From: Candidatus Omnitrophota bacterium
GTDB lineage: Bacteria > Omnitrophota > Omnitrophia > Omnitrophales > Aquincolibacteriaceae
Length of the DNA stretch: 64,000 nucleotides
NCBI GenBank assembly: GCA_043803685.1
Contig: JAZDJU010000031.1
Span: forward strand, 64,001-128,000
Direction: 5' to 3'
The translations under genes were made by a program, and so were the position numbers. Each line of letters opens with the position of its first letter. Positions within the stretch are counted from its first letter, which is position 1. Positions 52,202-62,774 of this stretch are shown in pieces. The notes below the pieces were generated by a model. The model had not been told where the DNA came from. It did not search any database and worked only from the letters and a program-made list of their open reading frames with translations.

Positions 52202-52269
52202 GTGTCATGGTATCAAGGTGTCAAAGTATCAAATCTTTGACACGTTGACACTTTTGACACTATTGACAC
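52202..52269. repeat. 8-bp-unit palindromic repeat
   Basis: GTGTCATG GTATCAAG GTGTCAAA GTATCAAA..TGACAC x4. Confidence 0.75.
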
Positions 52270-52279
52270 GATAAAAATT

Positions 52280-53443
52280 ATGTCTAAAAAAATCTTCCTT
52301 GTTGCTTGCGAAGCCTCGGGCGACCTCCACGGCGCTCATCTGATCGACGAGATCCGGGAACTTTCCCCCGACACGGTTTTTTGCGGCGTGGGTGGCGCCA
52401 AGATGCAGGCCACCGGCATGCAGATCTTCAACGACATGACGAAGATCTTGGCCCTGGGTTTGGGCGATGTCCTCCGGAATTACTTCAAGTACCTCAAGAT
52501 CTTTAATGAGACGATCGAGAACATCCGCCGCGAGAAACCTGACGCTGTGGTCGTGATCGATTCCCCGGCCTTCAATCTCCGGCTCGCGAAAAAGATCTCG
52601 GCTCTCGCGCCCGTCCTCTATTACATCTCCCCGCAGCTCTGGGCCTGGGGCAAGCGCCGGATCCACATCGTGAAAAAACACATCCGCGAAATGCTCGTGA
52701 TCCTGCCGTTCGAGAAGGATTTCTATGAGAAGGAAGGGGTCGCCGTCAAGTTCGTGGGACATCCCCTGCTCGATGCGATCCCGGAACTTCCGGCCGCTGC
52801 AACCCTTCGCGCCGGGATCGGGATCACTCCGAACCAGAAAGCCATCGGACTTTTCTCGGGCTCGCGGGAAAAAGAAGTGAAACGCATCCTGCCGATCATG
52901 CTCCGGGCGGCTGTTCATCTTCAGAAAGAATTCCCCGAAGCCGTCTTTTTCATTTCAAAATCCTCGAACGTGCGCCCTGAAGTTTATGACGCGCTCCTTC
53001 AAGGTCAGTCCCTTGTGACGCAATGTCCGGCTGTTCCTTTTTATGAACTGGTCAAAGCGATGGATTTCGCTTACGTGGCCTCCGGGACCGCGACGCTTGA
53101 GACCGCGCTTATCGGGACCCCGTTCTTTCTTCTCTATAAGGCTAGCTGGTCGACCTATTTCCTCGGCAAGCGCCTCATCAAAGTCCCCTACCTCGGACTC
53201 GTGAACCTTCTCGCGGACACCCGCGTGATTCCCGAGTTCATCCAGCAGGACGCCCACCCCGAAACACTCGCCCATGAAGCCAGGGTTTTTCTCCGAAGCC
53301 CGGAACTCCAGCAGAAGATGAAAGAGGAGTTCCGTCAGGTGAGGGAAAAACTCGGAGAAAAAGGCGCGAGCGCGCGAGCCGCCCGGGAAGTGACGGATTT
53401 TCTGGAGAATCCAGAAAAAAATCGTCATCCCCGAACGCTCTAA
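52280..53443 (+). CDS. lpxB: Lipid A disaccharide synthase
   Basis: EASGD..GA, ID.P.FN, SPQ.WAW, FVGHP, GSR..E, SGTATLE. Confidence 0.97.
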   Translation: MSKKIFLVACEASGDLHGAHLIDEIRELSPDTVFCGVGGAKMQATGMQIFNDMTKILALGLGDVLRNYFKYLKIFNETIENIRREKPDAVVVIDSPAFNLRLAKKISALAPVLYYISPQLWAWGKRRIHIVKKHIREMLVILPFEKDFYEKEGVAVKFVGHPLLDAIPELPAAATLRAGIGITPNQKAIGLFSGSREKEVKRILPIMLRAAVHLQKEFPEAVFFISKSSNVRPEVYDALLQGQSLVTQCPAVPFYELVKAMDFAYVASGTATLETALIGTPFFLLYKASWSTYFLGKRLIKVPYLGLVNLLADTRVIPEFIQQDAHPETLAHEARVFLRSPELQQKMKEEFRQVREKLGEKGASARAAREVTDFLENPEKNRHPRTL

Positions 53444-53496
53444 TCGGGGATCCATCGCTCTGGATTCCGGCTCGCGCTTCGCTTGGCCGGAATGAC
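53424..53496. repeat. REP/RPE-like palindrome supplying the lpxB stop codon
   Basis: GTCATCCCCGA..TCGGGGATCCA..TGGATTCCGGC..GCCGGAATGAC. Confidence 0.75.
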
Positions 53497-53554
53497 AAAT
53501 TCTCCAATCTACAGCCTAAGGTCTGTTGTCTATTCCTTAGTTTCCCCTCAAAAA

Positions 53555-56500
53555 CTAGAAAAGCGAAAATCCGTAAAGCTTCATATCGAGAGAGGACGAA
53601 CCGGTCCCTTCCGTAACGAAAACGATCTCATCCACCAGCGGATATCCCGAAAGAATGAGGTCCGTATTGACCGTCTTGACAGCTCCTCCGGTATTTTGCA
53701 GGTTCAGATATTGCGTTTTTACAATGATCAAATTACCAAAACTATCTCTCGCTTTATATTCGATCCTCGCATTGGGCACCGGCGTCAAAGAAGAATAACT
53801 GATCTGGAGCTGGCGAACATTGATGGAAAGATCATTAGTGATCGCCGCGACGCCCATGCCTTGAAAATTGCTGCTCGTAAGATGAAGGGCCCCTGAATCC
53901 CAACTCGCAGCGGCATTGCCTCCGTTCAGGGCAAACGTGGCGATCGGCCCTTTCAAGAGATCCGTCCCAAGGACATGATTGACGGAGAAATTCACGACCG
54001 TTCGATTTCCCGCCAGATCAGATTCTTCGATCGTAAGCGTATTCGCGCCTGTCACGAGATCCGTAAAAGTTTTCTGTTTTAGCGAACCGTCTAGAGTGTA
54101 ATTCACCGTAATAGAAGACGAGGCGATCATCGCCGGAGTCCCGGGATCCAGTACCACGACGGGAGCAACGGTATCCACCGTCACCTGATGGGTCACCGTG
54201 GTTGAATTCCCGGCCAGATCCTTCTCCGTAATGGATAACGTATTCGATCCTTCCGGAAGATCTGTAAAAAGTTTCGTCTTCGAAACTCCATCCACCGTGT
54301 AACTCACTGTCAGCGTCTTCGCCTTGATCAGGCCCGGGATCCCAGCATCCAGCACCACCACGGGGGGCGTGAAATCATTCTTGGGGATCTGTCTCATTTC
54401 ACCCCCAGTACTGATCACCCCCATCATATCGCCGTAGGCGTACCACAGTTCGACCTCATCCGATCCATTGAGACTCATCCCGCTCAGGATGTTCCCTTCA
54501 TAAAGACGAACCACTTCCCTTCCCGGGCGGAGATAATTCATTTCCGTGAACCATTCATTGATTGGACCGCTACCCGTCATTTTATAATACGCGTGAAACC
54601 CAATAGCGAGATTTCCGCCACGCGTGTAAATGAGATGGTATACGGGGGCTACCGGCATGGAAAGCAACTGCAGATCCGCCACATTCACCTGCGGCGCGTA
54701 CTGCAGCAATAATGCCTCCAGATCCCCTCCCGTGTACTCCACGCCCACTTCCACTCCCGCAGGCGGCACAAAGCGGGCGGCGGGCACGAGCGTCATGCTG
54801 GTGATCTTGTCGTTCGGATATCCCTGCGCGTCCGGGAACAGAACCACGGCATCGGTAATGTACCAGTAAAGATAGCTTTCGGGGATCGTGATCACGTACT
54901 CGCCGGGACCGGACTCCGTCGCCGGAAGGTCAAATTGAACACTGTAGGCCGGATCATTGCTCCCCGCGTGCTTCAGCTCAAGCTTCACGCCCGTGACCGG
55001 CGTTGAAGACTGATAGGTGATACGCAATTCGCGGTCGGAGGCCCGGACAGCTTCAGGAAGGTGCCAGGCGGTCCCTTTGAACCCGTTCCATTCGAAATTA
55101 CCGCTCGTCCCGCTCGTGAGCGAGACCGGTGTCTGCGGATCCCAGATCGACTCGAGTTTCGATGTCAGCCCTTTATTTTCGAGATACCGGGTCATGGAAG
55201 CTCCTCCGGTCCCGGCCATCCCGAGCGTAAACGAAACCACGTTGTTGAATACCTGCTCTTTGACCACTTTGCCCGAACTCATGTTGATACCTTCCCAGAG
55301 ACCGTGGCTTGTAATGAGCTCCGGATGCTCATTGATCAATCGCTGCAATAAGGCTTCGACCCCCTCAGGACGGAACATGTACGCCGCCCCCAGGTTGTAT
55401 GTCGAAGGCGTGGTCTCCGAGACCCCGTTCATGGCGATCTCGTTAATGCCAAGCGAAAAGTTATATTGAATGCGGTCCGTATCGATGCTGTAGAACGTGA
55501 GGTCAAGCGGCCCGCTACCTTCGGAAGTCACGAAAACCACTTCGCTCAGATCGCCCAATACGCCGCTCTCGGGCAACTGAAGCGAAAGCGTGCGCACTTC
55601 CCCTCCTGTATTTTCCAGCGTCAGGTCCTGCACATACACGGTCGTCAGCACACCATCGATCTTCTGTTTGAATTCCAGCCTCGCGTTCGGCACCGCCGTC
55701 TGAGAAGAATACCGGATCTGCAACGCCGACCCTTCGAGCACGTACTTGCTGTTGTCGGTAAAAGCAACGCCGATTCCATTCGTGCTTCCGGCCGTCAGGT
55801 GAAAACTGCCGTCAGCCCCATAGCTCGGATTCACTACGTCCCCCTGCCAGCTGAATGCACTGACAGAGCCGCTCAAAAGATCATAAGAACCCACGTCATA
55901 GCTCGCCGACAAAAGCCCCGGCTGGTTGTTACGCTGAGCGTAATCGAGTTGCACGTCCGTGTAGGTCTCGAGCATCGCACGCAGATCCGGATCATCCGCT
56001 TCCGGCAACAAGAGCGCCGGCCAGTACATCTGGAAAGCACCGCTGAAAGGCTCAACAACGGTTCGGGTACTGCCGTCCTGCATCGCGTAGTCGCTGACCG
56101 AGAAATAAAGCTTATTGTAAACACTCGCCGGAAACGCGTCGCCGTACTGCAAGATGAGGAAGAGGAGCGGACCCATACTTTCCGCTCCAAAAAGATCGAC
56201 CGTCCCTTCCAGGTGACCATCCGAGATCACCATCGTCCGGGCGAACGTCTGGTTCGCGGCGTTATACATGGCCACGTAGCCTGGCCGCTGGTTCTCAATG
56301 AAAGCGTCGATCTTGTCCAGAATGCCGCCGGAAGCGTGGACCGTCGCGTTGCCCGAAAGCGACGCGTCCAGGAGCGCGCCGTAAGCGACCGCAAGTCCCG
56401 CCGTCATGTTCGTGTTGTCCTCGAAACTGACCTGGCGGCCGTAAAGATCGTCCATCCTTTCCCAGTCACCGTTGTAATAGCCGAGCCAGGGCAATAATCC

Positions 56501-59500
56501 CTGGTAGCCCAGCCTCTGTTGATCTTCGAGCAGATGGGTCATCATCACATCAAGCCGGCGGATCGCTTCCGCTTTTGAGATGGTAGAGGTCACAAGATCT
56601 CCCGCGGCGATCGTGGCGAGCAGATTCGCGTAAAACCCGAAGTTGGAGGGCTGAGTGATGCGGCGCTGGAGCCACCCCTCGAGCGGATATTCATGAGTCG
56701 ATTCGACAAGGCCAAAATCGGTCTCTAAATAAAGCATGTTGATCTGCGTCAAAAGGTCGGCAGCGGTCGTGATCTCCCTGGGAATGGCCCGGTAAACAAC
56801 AGCCCCGCGATCCTGCGCCGGATCTTGCCAAGCAACCTCCCCGTAATGAGCGGCCACAAAAGTTCCCGCGGTCTGCCAAACGCCTGAGCCATCGTCAAAC
56901 TGAACCTCGTAACGGACTCCGCGCATCGCCTGATCGATCTTAAGCGACCACTGGTTCGCGGCGCTCGGGACCTGCGTGATCACGGGTTCGACGAACCGGA
57001 TCGCGGGCAGTTCCGGCAGGATCTCAAGCGTATTAAGATCAAAGCGAACGGTACGGATCGAACCGTCATCTTCACGGACTGTGTAAGTCGCGATATTGTT
57101 CTGATACGTAACCGAAGTGGCAGCTCCATCGAACGTGATGTTCTGGTTTACGAGGAATGTTTTATTGAACGTTAGCGAATCAAGACCGAGCGCGAGGACT
57201 GTCTGGCCTCCCGGCGCAACAACCGCATCGACCAGTGTAAAAGTCCCGCCCGCCGCACCCGGCGTTTCATTCCCGAGACTTACGGTCCGAACGGCAGACG
57301 AATAATCGTTCCCTCCATACAAGCTATAGATATGGGCGTAGTACTGGCCCGAGGTCTGGTCATATTCCGGCTGAACCGCGAGGGACAGCACGTCGTTGCG
57401 ATAAAACCCGGTTCCGGGAGTCACGAGCGTTAAATAGAAACTCGAAATAAATTCCGGGTTGAACGTGCTGATGCGGATCCCTGTGGAGGTGCGGATCACC
57501 GTGCCGCTGGGATAGGTCCAGTCCGTTTTGAGCATGACGTAATTGCTGTAATAGAGGATCTGCGTCAGATCGCCTGCGACAGTCTGGGCCGTCCAGGGCT
57601 CACCGATCCGTTCCACGCGCGCCGTCCCTCCGCCTTCGTAGATCACTTTGCTACCATCCGGCGTCACGTCAAAGGTATCGGGAACGTCTCCGGCGCCGGA
57701 ATAAAGAAGCGTGATCCCGCCGCTCGGAATATATTTCAGTTCGAGCCGGGAAATATCGCCGTCCTGTATCACGCGGAAAGCGAAATTCGCGTTAGAGGTC
57801 GCCGGGACCCAAGGCGCCGCGGGAGGAATATCCACGAGGATCGAATCGGTAAAAACCTCTGAGATCAGCCCCGCCTTGTCCATGAGCTGGCAATGCACTT
57901 GCCGCGCACCGTTCCCCTCAGGAAGCGTGAACGACTGCGTTTCGCTGAACGCCGTCCACTCCGACCAGATTGTTCCTTGATCGGTGGAAAAACGGACCTG
58001 ATCGACGCCTGAACCGGCATCGGAACCAGTCAAACTGAAGGTCACTTCCGAAGACGTTGATGTCGAAGCGCCGTCATTGATCGAAAGCGTACCGACGGGC
58101 TTCACCGTATCCAAAAGCACGGTCACAGACGCGGACTCCGACCATTTTCCGGACCTATCCTGGAATTTCACATACATTTTTTTGAGACCATCGCTTGCCG
58201 AAAAGATGACCGGCATGGAAGTGGCGTATGCCTGAGCCGCAGACCAATTGAGCCCATCCCCAGAAAAACTCATCTGGCTCACCCCGGAACCGGCATCCGT
58301 TGCTGACAAATCCATCGTGGCAGCACTTTGCGTAATATACTGGGCACCCCCGTTGATCTTGATCGTTCCGGTGGGCGGCAGCGTGTCCAGAATGATGGAC
58401 TTCGAATAAACCGCACTGGCGTTCCCGGCCTTGTCGTAATACTTCACAAAAACTTGCTTAGCCCCGTCCCCGTCCGTCAGAGTGAACGTCTTGGATGTTG
58501 CGTAAGCAACGGGCGTTGCCCAGTTCGTTCCATCTATCGAAAAACTCATCTTGCTTATGCCGCTCCGGCTGTCCGTCCCGGAGAGATTGAGCGTCACCGT
58601 CTGCGAAGAGGCATACACGGCACCCGAATTGATATTGAGCGAACCCGTCGGCGCTACCGTGTCCAAAGTCACGGTCACGGATGTCACCGCGGACCACCTG
58701 CCGACCTTGTCCTGGAATTTCACATACACTTTCTTCGCTCCATCGCCGGTCGCAAACGTCCACGCTTTTTGCGCCGCATAACTCTCCGCCGTAGTCCACG
58801 TCGTTCCGTTCGACGAAAAACTCATTTTACTTAGCCCCGAACCCGCGTCGGTTGCGGCAAGGTCCAGCGTCACGGCGGTCTGATTGATGTAGGTAGTCCC
58901 GCCGTTCACCTTGACCGTCCCCGCAGGAGGAAGCGTGTCCAGAATGATGGACTTCGAATAAACGGCGCTCACGTTCCCGGCTTTGTCGTAGTACTTCACA
59001 TAAACGGTCTTGTTGCCATCGCCGGAAGGAAGCGTGAATGTTTTTGAAGTCGCGTAGGCCACGGCCGAACTCCAGGTCGTGCCATTCGTCGAAAAACTCA
59101 TCTTAGAGATCCCGCTTCCGGAATCCGCGCCGGAGAGGTTCAAGGTCACGGCCGTGGAAGTGGCGTAAAGAGCCCCTGAGTTAATATTGACCGCGCCTGT
59201 CGGAGGCGTTGTATCCAGAAGGATCGACCTGGAATACACAGCGCTGGCATTTCCGGCCTTGTCGTAATACTTCACATAAACTTTTTTAGTCCCATCCCCG
59301 TCCGCCAGAGTGAACGACTTGGAAGTCGCGTAAGCGACGGGTGTGGTCCAGTTCGTCCCATCCGTCGAAAAACTCATCGTGTTTATGCCACTCCGGCTGT
59401 CCGTCCCGGTAAGATTCAACGTCACCGTCTGCACCGCGGTATAAAGCGCTCCCGAATTGATATTGATCGTTCCGGTCGGCTTGACCGTATCCAAAGTGAC

Positions 59501-60940
59501 GGTGACCGATGCGGCAGAAGACCACCTGCCGACCTTATCCTGGAATTTCACATACACTTTCTTCGCTCCGTCGCCGATCGCGAACGTCCACGCTTTTGTT
59601 GCGGCGTAGTTCTCCGCCGTGGTCCATGTCGTTCCGTTCGTCGAAAAGCTCATTTGGCTGAGTCCCGAGCCCGCATCGGTAGCCGAGAGAGTCAGTGTCG
59701 TGGCAGTCTGATTAATGTAGGAGGCCCCACCATTCACCTTGACCGTCCCCACAGGCGGAAGCGTGTCCAGCATGATCGAACTCGAGAACGGTTCGCTCTC
59801 ATTCCCGGCTTTATCGTAATACTTTACGTAAACGGTCTTGCTGCCATCGCCGGAAGGAAGCGAGTAAGTTTTTGAGGTCGCGTAGGCCACGGGCGCACTC
59901 CAGGTCGTACCGTTCGTCGAAAAACTCATGCTGCCGATCTCACTCCCGCTGGCTGTTGCCGAAAGATTCAAGAGAACGATTTGTGACGTCGTGTAAACAG
60001 CGCCCGAGTTGATAGTGATCGTTCCGGTCACAGGAGGGATCAGTTCGTCGTAGGTGATCTTCAGTCTTGCGTTGGCGAGTTGGATCTTGGGTATCGCGCC
60101 GTCCGGCGCGGCAGAAAAACCCGTCCAGGTTTTTCCGGAACGAAGATCACTAAGAACGGCTTGTGTGACGTCCGCAGAGATCGTCTGTGAAACGTTCCTT
60201 GCGAATGACTTTTGAGTCATGCTTGCCGCTAGGGTGGAGACCCCGGTGTAATGCTTCGCGGCTCCGCCGGACAAGGTGGGATAAAGCCCGTCTTCGTTCG
60301 CTTGCATATCATAGATCGAAAAGTTATAAGCCCCTGTCGTAGTCGAAACAGCGTCAAAAACGAGCTCGACCTTCCGGATCTTCTCGATATCGGCCCCCGC
60401 CGCGGACCATTCAACAAGGCTGACTTCCATGAATGCCCGGTAGTTGGACAGATCATAGACGGGTCCGGTTCTCTGAATGAATGCCCCATCCCGGTAATAA
60501 TAACTGGTGTAATAGACCGGATTCCCGTAGGAATCAGGGTAATAATGCCCACTCAGAGCCTGAACCGTTTTCGAACTCACCGCTCGGAGCTCCAGGGATA
60601 CCTCCCGGAAAAGTGGCGCTAGCTCACTCATCGTAGCTGCGGGAGCCTGGATGCTGGGGGGTACGGCACTATCTTTCGAAAGACCACTGGCCGCTGATAA
60701 GGGGAAACTTGACTGAACCGCTACTCCCGAAGGAATATCATTCTCTAAAACTGGAGGAACCTGCGCATTCGCCTGCTCCAGCGTCATGGCCGGCACGAAT
60801 TGCTGCGTTTCGTTCAGGACCCATTCACTGCCGGCCGCGAAGGAAACAGGCACAGAGATCCCGCTGAAAATAAAGCAAAGGGTTGTCGAAAGCGCGACAA
60901 GCTTGAAAGAGGATCGCTTCACTGGGAAGGAATGCTTCAC
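53555..60940 (-). CDS. Giant secreted protein (2461 aa): 8 Ig-like repeats, glucoamylase/beta-1,2-glucanase-like domain, C-terminal Ig/CBM-like modules
   Basis: Signal peptide; eight ~90-aa repeats (P.G...IN.GA.Y..VTL.L...D.GSG...MSFS..G..W..VYVK..D..G); TQPSNFGFY, LLPW, VSFEDN, GAFQMYWP motifs. Confidence 0.8.
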   Translation of the reverse strand: MKHSFPVKRSSFKLVALSTTLCFIFSGISVPVSFAAGSEWVLNETQQFVPAMTLEQANAQVPPVLENDIPSGVAVQSSFPLSAASGLSKDSAVPPSIQAPAATMSELAPLFREVSLELRAVSSKTVQALSGHYYPDSYGNPVYYTSYYYRDGAFIQRTGPVYDLSNYRAFMEVSLVEWSAAGADIEKIRKVELVFDAVSTTTGAYNFSIYDMQANEDGLYPTLSGGAAKHYTGVSTLAASMTQKSFARNVSQTISADVTQAVLSDLRSGKTWTGFSAAPDGAIPKIQLANARLKITYDELIPPVTGTITINSGAVYTTSQIVLLNLSATASGSEIGSMSFSTNGTTWSAPVAYATSKTYSLPSGDGSKTVYVKYYDKAGNESEPFSSSIMLDTLPPVGTVKVNGGASYINQTATTLTLSATDAGSGLSQMSFSTNGTTWTTAENYAATKAWTFAIGDGAKKVYVKFQDKVGRWSSAASVTVTLDTVKPTGTININSGALYTAVQTVTLNLTGTDSRSGINTMSFSTDGTNWTTPVAYATSKSFTLADGDGTKKVYVKYYDKAGNASAVYSRSILLDTTPPTGAVNINSGALYATSTAVTLNLSGADSGSGISKMSFSTNGTTWSSAVAYATSKTFTLPSGDGNKTVYVKYYDKAGNVSAVYSKSIILDTLPPAGTVKVNGGTTYINQTAVTLDLAATDAGSGLSKMSFSSNGTTWTTAESYAAQKAWTFATGDGAKKVYVKFQDKVGRWSAVTSVTVTLDTVAPTGSLNINSGAVYASSQTVTLNLSGTDSRSGISKMSFSIDGTNWATPVAYATSKTFTLTDGDGAKQVFVKYYDKAGNASAVYSKSIILDTLPPTGTIKINGGAQYITQSAATMDLSATDAGSGVSQMSFSGDGLNWSAAQAYATSMPVIFSASDGLKKMYVKFQDRSGKWSESASVTVLLDTVKPVGTLSINDGASTSTSSEVTFSLTGSDAGSGVDQVRFSTDQGTIWSEWTAFSETQSFTLPEGNGARQVHCQLMDKAGLISEVFTDSILVDIPPAAPWVPATSNANFAFRVIQDGDISRLELKYIPSGGITLLYSGAGDVPDTFDVTPDGSKVIYEGGGTARVERIGEPWTAQTVAGDLTQILYYSNYVMLKTDWTYPSGTVIRTSTGIRISTFNPEFISSFYLTLVTPGTGFYRNDVLSLAVQPEYDQTSGQYYAHIYSLYGGNDYSSAVRTVSLGNETPGAAGGTFTLVDAVVAPGGQTVLALGLDSLTFNKTFLVNQNITFDGAATSVTYQNNIATYTVREDDGSIRTVRFDLNTLEILPELPAIRFVEPVITQVPSAANQWSLKIDQAMRGVRYEVQFDDGSGVWQTAGTFVAAHYGEVAWQDPAQDRGAVVYRAIPREITTAADLLTQINMLYLETDFGLVESTHEYPLEGWLQRRITQPSNFGFYANLLATIAAGDLVTSTISKAEAIRRLDVMMTHLLEDQQRLGYQGLLPWLGYYNGDWERMDDLYGRQVSFEDNTNMTAGLAVAYGALLDASLSGNATVHASGGILDKIDAFIENQRPGYVAMYNAANQTFARTMVISDGHLEGTVDLFGAESMGPLLFLILQYGDAFPASVYNKLYFSVSDYAMQDGSTRTVVEPFSGAFQMYWPALLLPEADDPDLRAMLETYTDVQLDYAQRNNQPGLLSASYDVGSYDLLSGSVSAFSWQGDVVNPSYGADGSFHLTAGSTNGIGVAFTDNSKYVLEGSALQIRYSSQTAVPNARLEFKQKIDGVLTTVYVQDLTLENTGGEVRTLSLQLPESGVLGDLSEVVFVTSEGSGPLDLTFYSIDTDRIQYNFSLGINEIAMNGVSETTPSTYNLGAAYMFRPEGVEALLQRLINEHPELITSHGLWEGINMSSGKVVKEQVFNNVVSFTLGMAGTGGASMTRYLENKGLTSKLESIWDPQTPVSLTSGTSGNFEWNGFKGTAWHLPEAVRASDRELRITYQSSTPVTGVKLELKHAGSNDPAYSVQFDLPATESGPGEYVITIPESYLYWYITDAVVLFPDAQGYPNDKITSMTLVPAARFVPPAGVEVGVEYTGGDLEALLLQYAPQVNVADLQLLSMPVAPVYHLIYTRGGNLAIGFHAYYKMTGSGPINEWFTEMNYLRPGREVVRLYEGNILSGMSLNGSDEVELWYAYGDMMGVISTGGEMRQIPKNDFTPPVVVLDAGIPGLIKAKTLTVSYTVDGVSKTKLFTDLPEGSNTLSITEKDLAGNSTTVTHQVTVDTVAPVVVLDPGTPAMIASSSITVNYTLDGSLKQKTFTDLVTGANTLTIEESDLAGNRTVVNFSVNHVLGTDLLKGPIATFALNGGNAAASWDSGALHLTSSNFQGMGVAAITNDLSINVRQLQISYSSLTPVPNARIEYKARDSFGNLIIVKTQYLNLQNTGGAVKTVNTDLILSGYPLVDEIVFVTEGTGSSSLDMKLYGFSLF

Positions 60941-61073
60941 GGGGAACCTCCACTCTGTTTTCTATTCGAATCAGCTTTTTTAGCCTATTTTTTGCAGCAG
61001 GAGAAGCAGAAGCTAGCTCTCCAAGTCTCGATTAAATTTTTAACTGGGAACTTGGACTGCTCACACCAAGCTT

Positions 61074-61457
61074 TTATTTTTTTAAAGGAGTAGAGGGTGC
61101 GAGCTGCCACGGGAATTCTGGCTCGAGGATGGGCTTATAAGAACACGGCCAAGGGAACGGGAAAGTCACCATTTCATAAATTCCCACGCTAGCGCGACCT
61201 ACGGCATAAAGAGAACCGCGACATAATCCTGCGACCCAACTCGGAGGAAATGTGTCCGTGCGGACTTCCTTGGAGAGTTCATTCGAGATCTCGAACGGGC
61301 AGAGGGCCACGTTCAGAAATCCGCGCTGGAGCTTCCGGAGAGACGTTCCCTCCCCCTGGATCTGGGCTTCAGGGGCGACTTCCCCCGCCGCCATCACGGG
61401 AAGCGAGAACGCCAGAAGCACGAACAACGCGATCAGGACCGTATAGAGTCTCTTCAT
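61074..61457 (-). CDS. Exosortase-system-associated protein (TIGR04073-like)
   Basis: RKLQRG..NV...P.EI..G...G....VGR..VG.YE.VTFP.P. Confidence 0.8.
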   Translation of the reverse strand: MKRLYTVLIALFVLLAFSLPVMAAGEVAPEAQIQGEGTSLRKLQRGFLNVALCPFEISNELSKEVRTDTFPPSWVAGLCRGSLYAVGRASVGIYEMVTFPFPWPCSYKPILEPEFPWQLAPSTPLKK

Positions 61458-61648
61458 AACGCGGTTAATCTAACATTGAAGGCAAAACAACGCCAGCTAG
61501 AAATTACATTAACGGCCACGCGCCACGATACACGCTTTCCCCTCGCCCTTGGCCCGCTCCTGCCCGCCGAAGCAGTGAGGCGGGAACGGGCAATCTTTTG
61601 ATGCCTGTCCCCTTTTGGGTGACTGTCTCCTGTCTTACCTGTCTTTGC

Positions 61649-61751
61649 AGTTCTCTGGACAACCTAACTCCGAAGGAATATGCTCAGACGAACGCAAACC
61701 AACCCTCCGAAACACTAACTTAGCATTGGCACAATGAACGGGGGGAGGTCA
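61649..61751 (+). mobile_element. IS3-family right-end remnant
   Basis: Translates SSLDNLTPKEYA..* (IS3 transposase tail), followed by IRR-like TGGCACAA..GGGGGAGGTCA. Confidence 0.65.
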
Positions 61752-61811
61752 GCGGATCCCTATGATTCAAAGGTCGATTCATAATTTGCCTCTATAAACG
61801 ATGGAGATCAT

Positions 61812-62711
61812 ATGAAGCAACGCAGGATCTTTAGGCTCGTACTTTCAACATTGCTTTTGATAGGTGGGCTTGGGCTTTCGCTTGTCCTTGCGCAGGCGGG
61901 TCCTGATCAGAGCATTGAGAGGGTCAAAACAGCGACTTCTGCTGACGGCACAGCGATCCATTATTACGAGCATGGGCAAGAGGGGCCGACACTTGTGTTT
62001 GTTCACGGATGGATTTGTGACGCAAGCTACTGGAGAGAGCAAGTCGAGTATTTCAAGAAGAAGTATCACATGGTTCTGATCGATCTGGCTGGGCATGGTC
62101 GTTCCGGGAGTGAGCGTGAGAATTACACCATGGAAACCTTTGGCCAGGATGTGAAAGCTGTTGTCGAAAGTGTCGGGGCAAAGAAGGTAGTCTTGATCGG
62201 TCATTCCATGGGTGCCCTTGTGATCGCACAGGCGGCTCTCTTGATGCCAGAGAAGGCGATGGGATTGGTCGCGGTGGATGACCTTCAGAACGTAGAGTAT
62301 CCCCTGGGAGAAACACAGTTCAAGGAGATGACCACGCCCTTCAAAAAAGATTTCAAACAGGGCGTCAGAGATTTCGTCACAGATATGCTGCGTTCTGACA
62401 ACTCGCCTGTCAATGAATGGGTGATCTCGGATATGTCTTTGGCTGATCCCAAGGTTGCGCTCAACGCAATGAACGGATCTTTAGGCGGGTATCTGACAGG
62501 TGATGTAGCCAAGTTGTTTGATGGATTGGATGTTCCGGTGGTGGCTGTGAATAGCGACCTTTGGCCAACCGATGTCGAAGCGAACAGACGGCATATAAAA
62601 GATTTTGAGCTGATCGAGTTGGACGGACTGGATCATTTTCTGATGCTTAAAGCGCCTGAGCGTTTTAACCCTGCGCTTGAACAAGCTGTTAAAATGATAC
62701 TTAAGAAATAA
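61812..62711 (+). CDS. Secreted alpha/beta hydrolase
   Basis: FVHGW, DLAGHG.S, GHSMG, HF.ML. Confidence 0.92.
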   Translation: MKQRRIFRLVLSTLLLIGGLGLSLVLAQAGPDQSIERVKTATSADGTAIHYYEHGQEGPTLVFVHGWICDASYWREQVEYFKKKYHMVLIDLAGHGRSGSERENYTMETFGQDVKAVVESVGAKKVVLIGHSMGALVIAQAALLMPEKAMGLVAVDDLQNVEYPLGETQFKEMTTPFKKDFKQGVRDFVTDMLRSDNSPVNEWVISDMSLADPKVALNAMNGSLGGYLTGDVAKLFDGLDVPVVAVNSDLWPTDVEANRRHIKDFELIELDGLDHFLMLKAPERFNPALEQAVKMILKK

Positions 62712-62774
62712 ACAAAACGGGACGTCCGGCGGGAGACGTTAGGGTTTAGCTCCTCCCCGCAAGCTGCAGCCAGC

